From: the human T2T-CHM13v2.0 reference genome, Homo sapiens
DNA: 64,000 bases
Reading direction: 5' to 3' (one strand)
NCBI RefSeq assembly: GCF_009914755.1
Contig: NC_060933.1
A model generated the notes under the pieces. The model was not told the origin of the DNA. It saw only the letters and a list, made by a program, of their open reading frames with translations, and ran no database searches. Positions 53,701 to 64,000 of the stretch are shown one piece after another (position 1 is the stretch's first letter; each line of letters starts with the position of its first letter). Both the position numbers and the translations under genes were made by a program.

Positions 53701-54339
53701 TCTATATGATATAGAATGTTTATAGAAATTGAAAATAACCATATATTAATGAATTGTCCAACCTCAATAATTCTTAAACAATTGCCTATTAACAGAAAAT
53801 GACTACTGAAATAATACAAACTTAAAATAATGATAAATTTCTATATTAATAGAATCATGATAAACCTAGTATCTCAAGAAATGCTCACTCCAAGCATAAT
53901 TTTGGAAAACATTTGAAGAACACATTTGAAGAATTATTTAAAAAGACACTTACCCTTTGACTCAGTAACTTCACTCCTAGGAATTTATCTCAAAAAATAA
54001 ATCAAAATTAGAAAATGCTATATACATGACTAGATTCTTTTAAAAGATGAAAAACCAAAAACCACATAAATATCATATAACACAAGTATGCTCAATTCAA
54101 GTACGATCTATCAATTTTATGGAAGAATACACTATTCTTGATAGTATATCAAGAATATGCTATCAATGTGGATCAAAAATGATCCACATTGGGAATATGA
54201 GATAGCATCTTGGAAAGTGTTTTCAGTATTCTGTTAAGTGGAAAGAATAAGCAATAAAGTCTGTCGATGCTGTATTTGCAATAATATAAAAACTATTGTA
54301 TGCATAATGATAAATATTGGAAGAAACCACAGAGGAAAG

Positions 54340-54610
54340 AATCAGAATACAGTCTTTGAGTTCCAACTCTGACATCAGTCTAGTTCTGGGTGGGACATGT
54401 GGCCACTCCTTGTTTGACAGAGCACCACTTGACATGACCCTGAGCAAGGTACTTGACCTATGACTCAGTTTATTTTTCTACAAAATAGATGTAGATAACA
54501 CTATACTCCCTATCTCATAAGGATGTGACACTTAAATGAAAAATATATAGGGCATAGTGCAGTGCTTTGCCCATAGTAAGCTTTCAAATGGTAGCTATTA
54601 TTGTTATTAT
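54340..54610 (+). mobile_element. MIR
   Basis: tgaccctgagcaaggtactt...ctcagttt...acctatctcataagg...agctattatt. Confidence 0.7.
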
Positions 54611-56014
54611 TACTATTTTTATTAGCAAAGCATGGGAAATTAAAAGTTTATTTCATTTTTAGTTCAGCTGTTAACATGTTATTTGTGCAGTTAAAGAAAC
54701 TTCTAACAGCTGTCTTTTAAAATGTAATGATTAAGACTACAGCAATCTTGGCAGGTAGCAAACTAAAACCATTAAAACACGGATAATAAAAAGACTATTA
54801 TAAAGATTTCACCAACAGAAATGGGAAAAGAATTACTGGAATGCTTTCAAATAAGTTGCTAAGGAAAGTCACAGAGACAATTAAAATGAGCACAGGGAAA
54901 AAGGTAATGAGCGGTGATAATTAAAGCTGCCACCAGATACATATACACATGCACACTCACACACATCTATATGTCCTTTAGGGAAATTGACTGAGTCAGC
55001 AGAGGAACAGAGGAAAGGATAGTTTTTAAACCGGCCATGTCATGAACACGCTCCTCCATCCGGCTTCTCCCCTACTGTGAAAGGGGAAGAGAAGTCACAC
55101 AGCATCAGCATTAATGCTACGGAAGCTTTCTGTTAAAGCTTGTCCTTGCCTTTGTCCTCACCTCTCACTGTAGGTGGATGGGGCTCCCAGACACCATGTA
55201 GATAGATGGTCCGTGGAGGTTCGCAGTTGGGTTACTTTAAGCAATTCTGCCCCAAGTGTAGGAGGTGGGTACATAACACTGAATTCACTCCAGCTACCTG
55301 GTACGTGAGAAAAGAAGCATTTAATGCTGAAATCTGGAAGTATTCTGCAACTTCATGATAATTATCCTTGTTACAAAGGGCCAGATTATGATTTATAGGA
55401 CCATCTCACCTTGTTGCTCTCTATCTAGGAATATCTGTTAGACTGAACTAGGCAGTGTTCTATTTCCTCGCCATGCCAGAATTTGCAAATTCTCTCAGCA
55501 CAGAGATGTATGTGTATAATGTTTGAGTATAAAACAATATATTACCTACAGGAAGTCAGTAGATCGTTAATGATATTAAGATGTTCTACTTGTGGTATCA
55601 AATTCTCAACATTTTGACTGTGCTGCTCCTCATAATACCTAAAGATGCAGGGAACATGCTGTTCTGAGATTATGTCTTGCTCCATACCCACCTGGACAGT
55701 ATTTATCCTCTTGTTGCTATCCTGCGATCAGTTCTAATTGGGTAATCAAGCTCACACTTTCTAGAGCTCCCTAATCTATGCATTACCTCAGCTGGGCTCT
55801 TAGAACCTTCATTTACTCTGAAATTCACAGGTAGAATGCTCATAGCCTTGGCAGAGAGCCAGGGAATCCCTTTGTTTTGTCCCTTGGTGTTACCGTCTTA
55901 TGTACTTGCTCATCGTGCCAGTGTCCTTTTTTCATTTCCCCATAGTATTCTGGCAGAAATAATGGAAGCCTCAACTGGAGCACTTCACTGACATCAGTAG
56001 ATGTGTTCTCTAGA

Positions 56015-56212
56015 TCTGGGTTTCTTTGGCATTAGTGATGTTTGGGGCTGGATAATTCCTTGTTATGGGAGGTTGCATTGTGCATCATAGGATGTAGAGC
56101 AGTATCCTTGGCCCCTACCCACTAAATGCCTTGAGTTGTAACAACCCAAAATGTCTCCAGACTTTGCCAAATGTCCACTGAGGGGCAAAATTGCTTCAAT
56201 TGAGAACCACTC
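56015..56212 (-). mobile_element. MER20
   Basis: ggggctggataattc...aaaatgtctccagactttgccaaatgtcc...ttgagaaccact. Confidence 0.85.
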
Positions 56213-56259
56213 TTCTAGATGATACTTCTATATGAACTTCTAACCACTTTTATGTTAAA

Positions 56260-56430
56260 AATGTCATTTAATTGAGCACGGTGGTTTACATATATTAACT
56301 CATTATTTATCACTTCAACTATAAAAGGATGTTATTAAATCCTTTCTTTCAGATGAGGAAATTGAGGCCCTGCCAAGTGTTACACAGTTAATAAGCAGCA
56401 ATATCAGGAAAACTGTTTTCAAACTGACTG
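56260..56430 (-). mobile_element. MIR
   Basis: cagatgaggaaattgaggc...acacagttaataag. Confidence 0.65.
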
Positions 56431-56965
56431 CTTTACCTAATCTTATAGTCCAGATGGATACAGGCTTAAGATAAGGCTTGATCCAGCAGTACAAAGACAT
56501 TAAATATGGACTTTATCCTCTCACACTCCTCCCACCTAATTTAATTTCTTAGCTCCCTTTCTTTATCCTCATGTTTCACCCCTTGGCCTAGCAGCTCTAG
56601 ACTTTCCTCTTGTGGTAGTAGTTCATGTCATACAGCTTCATATTACCCCATCCAAAAAGAAGGCACACTTTCATGGTAGCTCCACAGAAATTTAACTGTT
56701 TTTCCTCTTAAGCTCCAGAAAAATATTTCACTGGTTCTCATTGAGTCATATGCCCATCTCTGAACCAACGGTTGCAGCTAGAAGGTTGAACATGTTGTTG
56801 GCTTTAGCCAATCAAGGCTCTACCCTGGAGCAAGGCATAGGGTTAATCCCCATCAAACGATATAGCCAAAAGTAAGGAGAACTGGTTTTTCAAAGTATGT
56901 TAGAACGATAATCCCAGAAGATGAAGAAATGGATGCTGGGTTGAGGACAAATAACATGCTTCTAC
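56430..56965 (-). mobile_element. Old MLT1-type LTR
   Basis: ggcttgatccagcag...gagtcatatgcccatctctgaaccaa...gaaatggatgctggg. Confidence 0.5.
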
Positions 56966-57074
56966 ACCAATTTTGTTAACAATGTTAACATGACTCCTAC
57001 AGTTGATAGTTTTTGTTAACACTACCCCTCTCCCTGTTCTATTTTTGCAACTTTACCATAGGCCTGTTTTCTTT

Positions 57075-57269
57075 TTCTTTTTTCATAAGGTATTGCAGTA
57101 CAGGCGGTATTAGGTTACATAAGTAAGTTCTTTAGTGGTGATTTGTGAGATCCTGGTGTACCCATCACCTGAGCAGTATACGCTGCACTGTATTTGTTGT
57201 CTTTTATCCCTCACCCCTCTCCCACTCTTCCCCCCAAGTCTCCAAAATCCATTGTATCATTCTTATCAA
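57075..57269 (-). mobile_element. 5'-truncated L1PB 3' end
   Basis: gtaagttctttagtggtgatttgtgagat...cccatcacctgagcagtatac; perfect 15-bp TSD aggcctgttttcttt. Confidence 0.9.
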
Positions 57270-57524
57270 AGGCCTGTTTTCTTTGCTTGACATTGCTGGA
57301 AACTCCTTGAGATAAGTGTCCAGGGACAGCCCATTAGTCAGTAAAGAACAGTATGGTGGACCCAGATCCGTGGGTCCTACCCTGCTCTTTGGAGAGGCTT
57401 CCCCAGCTGGCTCCTATGGAATGGCTGGAACCTCTGGCTCACAGGGACTCCCTGAAGGGCAGAGCCAGACTGACCCCCTGCAAGTAGTACAGCACTTCAT
57501 TCTTCAAGGGGAAAAGAAAGGAAC

Positions 57525-57740
57525 TTACCTTTTTTGAGCACTTACTGCATGCCACACCAGTCACATACACCATATTATTTCTTTCTACAACCACCCTGAG
57601 GTAGGTATTGCCACCGTGCTTTAAAAACGAGGAAATGGAAGCTCAGAGGTGAAGTAACTGCCCCAAATCATACCACCTGCAGGAAGCAGTACACAGGTTT
57701 GAAATGATGGCTGTTTCACTCTGAAGTGTGTGCTTTTTGT
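57525..57740 (-). mobile_element. MIR
   Basis: ttgagcacttact...caaccaccctgaggtaggtatt...gaggaaa...gctcagaggtgaagtaactgccc. Confidence 0.75.
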
Positions 57741-58367
57741 CTCCAAAAGTGAATATCTTAGAAGAATATATATTTACAGAGAATATACATTTGCTAAGAA
57801 TTTGTTACTTATCAAGAAATATGCTCAACACTACTTGAATAAGACAGAACTCAAAGCCTTTTCTCTTTTTCTGAGGATTAAATGAATGGAAGAAGGAAAG
57901 AAAATAGGAAAAAGAAATTCCTTGTATAATGAGAGGATCCTTAGCTGTTCTAGTAGTAAAGAGACCATGTAGAAAATCAGCATCAACATATAACAACAAC
58001 AGCATCTATAGCAATGGTGAAGCAAGTTCTTCACTAGGAGAGCAATGCATGACTTCTTTAGGTAGTGACACCAAGTCCTCAGAGAAATATAGCAGCAGCT
58101 GGGGCAGCCCTGCAGCAACTTGGGAATTGAAGTAGCACCTGAGAAACTGGGGAAGCCAGCAGTATGTATGACAGTCCCATCATAAGGCAACTCAGCTCTC
58201 CCCTCAGGTTGGTGTGTCCTAGGGGAATTCCTGTTAGATGATGTGCCAATACACACCAGCATGCTTTTTGCTAAAAGGCAGATTCTGCAGTCTACCATTT
58301 TTCCATCATATGTCTCAGAGAATATGGGCAATTGTATGTGATGTGGCTTGTTCTACAGATAGTCTAG

Positions 58368-58585
58368 AGCAGGAGTCCTCAAATTGGGTTCTGCAGAGGG
58401 CTAGCCTTCTGAGAGAGAGCCTTAAAGATGGTATGAGGTGGGACCAGGAGGCAACCTGTGTGTTTTTTCTTCACTGCTTCTCCTAGGGTACCTCCACTTC
58501 AGCATGTTTCTAATATTTGAGTTCTATGTAAGATTGTGTCTGTGAAGGACATTTTACACTAACAAAGATTTAAAAGCCATAGTCT
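58368..58585. mobile_element. hAT-Charlie MITE (MER112-like)
   Basis: Termini gcaggagtcctcaaattggg and ...aaagatttaaaagccatagtct; heavily diverged. Confidence 0.4.
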
Positions 58586-59006
58586 CAGAAGGAAGTACAT
58601 ATCTGCCTCTGAAATGTCTAAGTTATCTGAGAATGACAGGTCTTAAAACAGTATGGAAGTCAACAGCTGTGAAGGACACCAGCTGTTGGTGGCAAGTCTC
58701 TCCTGAGTTTGCATGGGAACAGTAGTTTGTTGGTGTACAATAGTGTCGGTCACGACATTCTAAAAATAGAATTTGTGTGAGACCATTCATCATAAAGCAA
58801 ACCCCCGCCCCCGCCATGATAGTAGATCCTTTATTAATTCACCCACAGACAACAGGACCTATAATGATACATTCTAAGTAAAGCACCAGGACTTTAAGTG
58901 TTTTGGTTGTCTATCTCAACTAGTGACAGTGAAAGAGGCTACAGACTACTTCTCTCCCAACCTACCATCTAAGAGTATGAAGAAACGCATTTAAGAAATG
59001 GAGTGG

Positions 59007-59323
59007 GGCCTGGTGCAGTGGCTCACACAGGTAATCCCTGTGCTGTGGGAGACTGAGGTGGGAAGATTGTTTGAAGCCAGAAGTTTGAGACTAACCTGGG
59101 CAACAAAGTGAGACCCATCTCTACAAAAAAAAAAAAAAAAAAAAAAAAGAAAAGAAAAATTTTTAGCTGGGCACCATGGGATGAGCCTGTAGTGCCAGCT
59201 ATTTGGGAGGCTGAAGTGGGACAATTGCATGTGCCCAGGAGTTTGAGCTTGCAGTGAGCTATGATGGTACCACTGAACTCCAGTCTGGGTGACAGACTGA
59301 GACCCTGTTTCCAAAAAAAAAAA
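59007..59323 (+). mobile_element. AluJ with an expanded middle A-tract
   Basis: Diverged Alu dimer with an ~35-nt A-rich linker at 59124-59159. Confidence 0.92.
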
Positions 59324-59460
59324 CCTTAATTGGGGAAATCGTGCTATATTTTGAGATAACTTGAGTTCCCCTGGGAAGTGATGAAATGGCAAATGTAGTG
59401 TAAAATCAAACATCCAGTCACTTTAGTTGTATCAATTTAAAGAAAATGATGTATGAATAT

Positions 59461-59822
59461 TGATATGGTTAGGCTTTGTGTCCCCACCCAAATCTCATCT
59501 TGAATTGTAATCCCCATAAGCCCCATGTGTCAAGGGAGAGACCAGGTGGAGGTAATTGAATTATGGGGGCAGTTTCCCCCATGCTGTTCTCATGGTAGTG
59601 AGTGACTCTCAAAAGATCTGATGGTTTTATAAGCATCTGGCATTTCCCCTGCTTGTACTCATTCTCTCCCCTACCAACCTGTGAAGAGGTGCCTTCTGCC
59701 ATGATTTTAAGTTTCCTGAGGCCTCCCCAACCATGCAGAACTGAGTCAATTAAACCTCTTTTCTTTATAAATTACCCAGTCTGAAGTATTTCTTCGTAGC
59801 TGCATGAGAACAAACCAATACA
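59461..59822 (+). mobile_element. THE1D-like solo LTR, sense to PLPPR1
   Basis: TGATATGGTT...ccccacccaaatctcatcttgaattgta...aataCA; TSD AATAT. Confidence 0.93.
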
Positions 59823-60593
59823 AATATATATATATGAAGTACATATATACATTATATGTGTGTATAACCAAACCAGTACTTCATTATTGTAGAAAACAAA
59901 TAGTTTTTAGTTTCTTTTTAAAATGTGTCAACATTATGTAATAATATGAAACCTCTGCCCGAGTTCTTCTCCTGTTTCAATTAATGATGTATTATAACAT
60001 ATGGCTTGATATCTGGTGCTAAATCTCCCCCATATTATAGAGATGGAATAACAAGCCCTCAAGCCTCCCTAGGGGAGCTATTGTGAGGAATAAATAAGAA
60101 TATTCCACTGTGCCATAGTCTCTGGCAATTGGCAATGTAAGAAGCTGAAGAAAATAGAAAACTTCTGCAAAAATGGACATTCTCTACAAATTTGGGTGAA
60201 GGTCTTTGCTTTTGTTGATGATTACACACTAACAATGATTTAAAGTGCTCTGCCAGAAAATAGGGGGGATGCCAGGATCATATCCAAAAGATATGATCCA
60301 CTATTCAATTTTGAACATTCATTTTAGTTCATGGTGGGGAACAATTAAAAGCTTCCATTTTGATGACTTTGAATTTGTTTCCCTTCTTTTCACTGAACTC
60401 AAAGTTAATGATGCTCTCGGCTGCTGTCATTGAGTCTTTCACAGAGTGTTTTATTCCTTCCTTATAAAGTGGGCATCGTGGTGACGGTTTCACTTCGGAA
60501 AGAAAACACACTATGAGCTCTGAGTGCCCTGAGGCCTAGGGTTGGGGTTTATAGACACAATGGAGGAGATCTGAGGGTGCAAAAAAGCTGTGC

Positions 60594-61130
60594 AGCAGGT
60601 CTTCAAATAACATTGCTTCATTACAATGTTGATAAGGAAAAAAAGTTGATTACTGGTCAGTGCCACAGTCTGGCTGAAGTTTGCATGCTTTCTCCATGTC
60701 TGTGGGTTTTCTCTGGGTACTCTACCTTCCTTGCACATCCCAAAGCTACGCACATTAGGTGAAGTGGTGTGCTTATGTGGTCCCAGCCTGAGAGAGTGGG
60801 TGTGGTGTGAGTGTCCCTCCCATGGGATGGCGTCCTGTCCAGGGCTGGTTCCTCCAGTTGCTGGGATGAATAATATCAACCCTCAACCCTTAGTATATAA
60901 TTAGCTTTTTATTAATCTTTCTTAAATGTATGTATAGTTCACATTTATTGCAATGCTTAATATTAAAAGCATTTTGATATCTGTCTTTGGAACTTCGGTG
61001 ATACTTTTATAGCCAGAAATGTGCCATAGGAACTTAACTCCAGTTTATATTAATTAGCCTATGGTAAAATTGGCTTTGTTGTACGTCATTTTGCTGAAAG
61101 TCACAGTTTCCAAGATCTGAGGACTTACCA
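60594..61130. mobile_element. MER6 (TcMar-Tigger-derived), internally deleted
   Basis: cagcaggtcttcaaataac...gtttgcatgctttctccatgtctgtgggttttctctgggtactc...ggaacttaactc...ttagcctatggtaaaattgg...tgaggactta. Confidence 0.8.
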
Positions 61131-61849
61131 TGTTAGCATGTTTGTTAATTCATGCATGTTACCATGAATTTGTGTTTGTGCAGGAATCTGTCATTTGGAC
61201 TCATTTAAGGAATGAATTTTGCCAGCAATTCCTCCTTAAGTGAGTAGGATCATTAAGTCAATTTCTTTAGAATACATGACATCTTTAATGTTTCTTATGG
61301 CCCATTTGTGGAGTGAAATATTGCCACTGCTCACACTGTGGCTTCCCTAAAATAGCAGGCACCGCAGATGGATTTAACGAGAGCCATGCCTCACCTCTCT
61401 GTGCAGGGCTGACTGGCTCATTCCAATTCCACATAGCTCACCCAAAGCAAGAGCTGGTCCACTGCCATACAAGGATTTACCCATAAACTCCTGTTTCCCA
61501 GAATTTCTTAACCCAATTGCAAAAACTTCCTGTGCAGCTGAACACGAAGCGGGAGCATGCAGTGAAAATAACTCCAAATGAACAAAGAAAGAAGGACCCA
61601 AAGCAGTCAGAATGAGTTGGTTTTGAAATGTCACACACCCATGCTTACACATTGTGTTCACTCTTGGAGGCTTCATACACTCAGTTAGCATTATCCCCCC
61701 GCCCCCCACCCCACCACCACCCCCACCCCCTATGTAACCAAGAAATATAATTTAAATGTGTCAGATACTAGAGACAGCGATCTGGTGGATCATTAAGATG
61801 CTTTGTAAAAATGATAGATCCTTTCCTATTTTACCAAACCAGTTGTCAA

Positions 61850-62030
61850 TATTGAGGCTTGGAGGATGTTTAGGATCAACCCATCAATATCCCTTATTTT
61901 GCATCTGGAGAAACTGAGGCCCAGAGAGATTAAAGTCATTTTTCGTAGATCGTACAGTAAGTAAGTGAGAAAACTGAGGTCTGACCTCATGTCTCCTGAC
62001 TCCCAATTTAATGTTCTTTCTACAGAACCA
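61850..62030 (-). mobile_element. MIR
   Basis: gagaaactgaggcccagagag...tctcctgactccca. Confidence 0.7.
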
Positions 62031-62376
62031 AAGAGCCCATGGCTTATTTTCATCACTTTTCAATCTAATTTCCTGAGCTTACCCTCCTGACATGATGGTT
62101 TAGCTGCTTGCACTATGAACAAGTGTCATGGTAGCTTTTCCCAAAGGTGATTTTCCTGGGAATCCCTTTGCTTATTACAAGGAGGCAGAAAAAGATTTTG
62201 AGATATTAATTTGTGCACACACATGTATGTGTGTTGATTCCCCTCCCCCCTCCTCACTCATCCCATTCCATTTCAATACCAAGCAAGTAGCCAGGGCTTG
62301 AGTGTGCCTTAGTCATTACAGAGATATATGCCAGGGAAAACAGCTGAAGCTACTGAAAGTCACTGATTGTTCTTGT

Positions 62377-62720
62377 TGTCATAGGCTGTTTGTGCTGCTA
62401 TAACAAACCACCATACACTGGGTGGCTCATAAACAAAAGAAGTGTGTTTCTCATAGTTCTGGAAGCTGGGAAGTCCAAGATCAAGGCATTGATAGATTCA
62501 GTGTCTGGTGAGGGCCCTCTTCCTAGTTCATAGATGACTGTCTTCTCCTTGTGTTCTTATGTGGCAGAAAGGAGTGAGAGAGCTTGCTGGGTCTCTTTTA
62601 TAAAGAAACTAATCCCATTTATGAGGGCTTCAACCTCAAGACCTAATCACCTCCCAAAGATCCCATCTCTTAATACCATCCCTTGGAGGCTGGGATTTCA
62701 ACATATAAATTTGACACAGC
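62377..62720 (-). mobile_element. MLT1A-type MaLR LTR
   Basis: gctgctataacaaa...gctgggaagtccaagatcaagg...gtgtctggtgagggc...acctaatcacctcccaaag. Confidence 0.88.
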
Positions 62721-63249
62721 TCTTGTGTTTTATCAAAGCTTATATTTTTTTAAGTTGTTATACTGGTATACCTGAAGGGGCAGGAAGAGAAGAGGCATGT
62801 CCTTGAGGGCCAGAAGGGAGAAGGAAGGAGCATATTCCTCAAAACTAGAAAAGAGGAACAAAATGATTAGGTCTTTCTATTAATGGAGACATATGTCCTG
62901 TTGGGTGGCAGATCTTCTGTGAGGTAGCGGAACCTGAAAGGTGATGACCACATGGGGGCACCAAAAGAGGCTGAACCTTGGACCCTGCAACTCCAAGCCC
63001 CAGCAAAGGTGCCTGTGCCCTAATTGTGACACAGAAGCAGCAGAGCCATGGGAACTTGAAGGGACTTTGTGGGCTGCACACAAAGGGCTGCAGAGCTAAC
63101 CAGTATAGATCAGCACCTTGAGGGCCTCTTTGATGCACTAGGATCCCGTAGGGGAGCCCCAATAATCACGACTGGGAATACATTTCCTGTGGCCCAATGT
63201 GATGGTGGCTTCAATGCCATACATACATTCACTTTAAAAAATAAAAAAA

Positions 63250-63569
63250 TGTAAAAGTGTTCCTTTTTCTCTGCAACTTTGCCAGCATCTGTTGTTTCTG
63301 GACTTTTTAATAATCGCCATTCTGACTGACATGAGATAGTATCTCATTGTGGTTTTGATTTGCATTTCTAATGATGAGTGATGTTGAACGTTTTTTCATA
63401 GGTTGGTTGTTGGCTGCATGAATGTCTTCTTTTGAAAAGTGTCTGTTCATGCCTTTTGCCCACTTTTTAATGGGGTTTTTTTCTTGTAAATCCATTTAAG
63501 TTCCTAGTAGATTCTGGACATTAGATTAATAGATTGCAAAAAGTTTCTCCCATTCTGTATGTTGCCTGT
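63250..63569 (-). mobile_element. L1PA ORF2 internal fragment
   Basis: tatctcattgtggttttgatttgcattt...atgtcttcttttgaaaagtgtctgttcatg. Confidence 0.9.
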
Positions 63570-63757
63570 CTTTAACATTTTCCTTCAAAAGAGTTTCCAA
63601 GTGAATTGTAGGCCAGCAGCTCAGGCTATACATAATTTCATTTTGAGGTTAAACAACCCCCAAATCTGTTCATTTTTCATTTGACATAATGAAAACAGGA
63701 GAACCCACAGTTATTCAGAAGATGTGAAGTTTCTAGTTTTTCAATTTTGTTCCTGTG

Positions 63758-64000
<243 letters not shown>

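Noticed and set aside
57831-58331. 166-aa minus-strand ORF
   Set aside because: No recognisable homology; atypical composition.

Overview
Primate, most likely human, genomic DNA: AT-rich and dense in interspersed repeats (AluY/S/J, THE1, MLT2/HERV-L, L1, L2, MIR, MER). The only host coding sequence I can support is one 108-nt + strand exon (21397-21504). It carries the start codon and first 21 codons (MAVGNNTQRSYSIIPCFIFVE) of PLPPR1 (LPPR1/PRG-3, a brain-enriched phospholipid phosphatase-related protein, human 9q31.1). The window therefore spans the end of a long upstream intron and the start of the long intron after the first coding exon. The only other protein-like ORFs are a decayed HERV-L pol/dUTPase remnant (13986-15676) attached to an MLT2A LTR. 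I found no clearly novel biological system. The most testable leads are: (1) the sense MLT2A LTR as an alternative PLPPR1 promoter; (2) an in-frame Met-Val-stop uORF just before the PLPPR1 ATG; (3) local templated-copy or fold-back scars at 17512-17998, 48027-48060, 47823-49111 and 54123-54208; (4) a closely spaced inverted Alu pair. Repeat subfamily names come from my memory of consensus sequences and need RepeatMasker/Dfam confirmation. Boundaries of old repeats are approximate.
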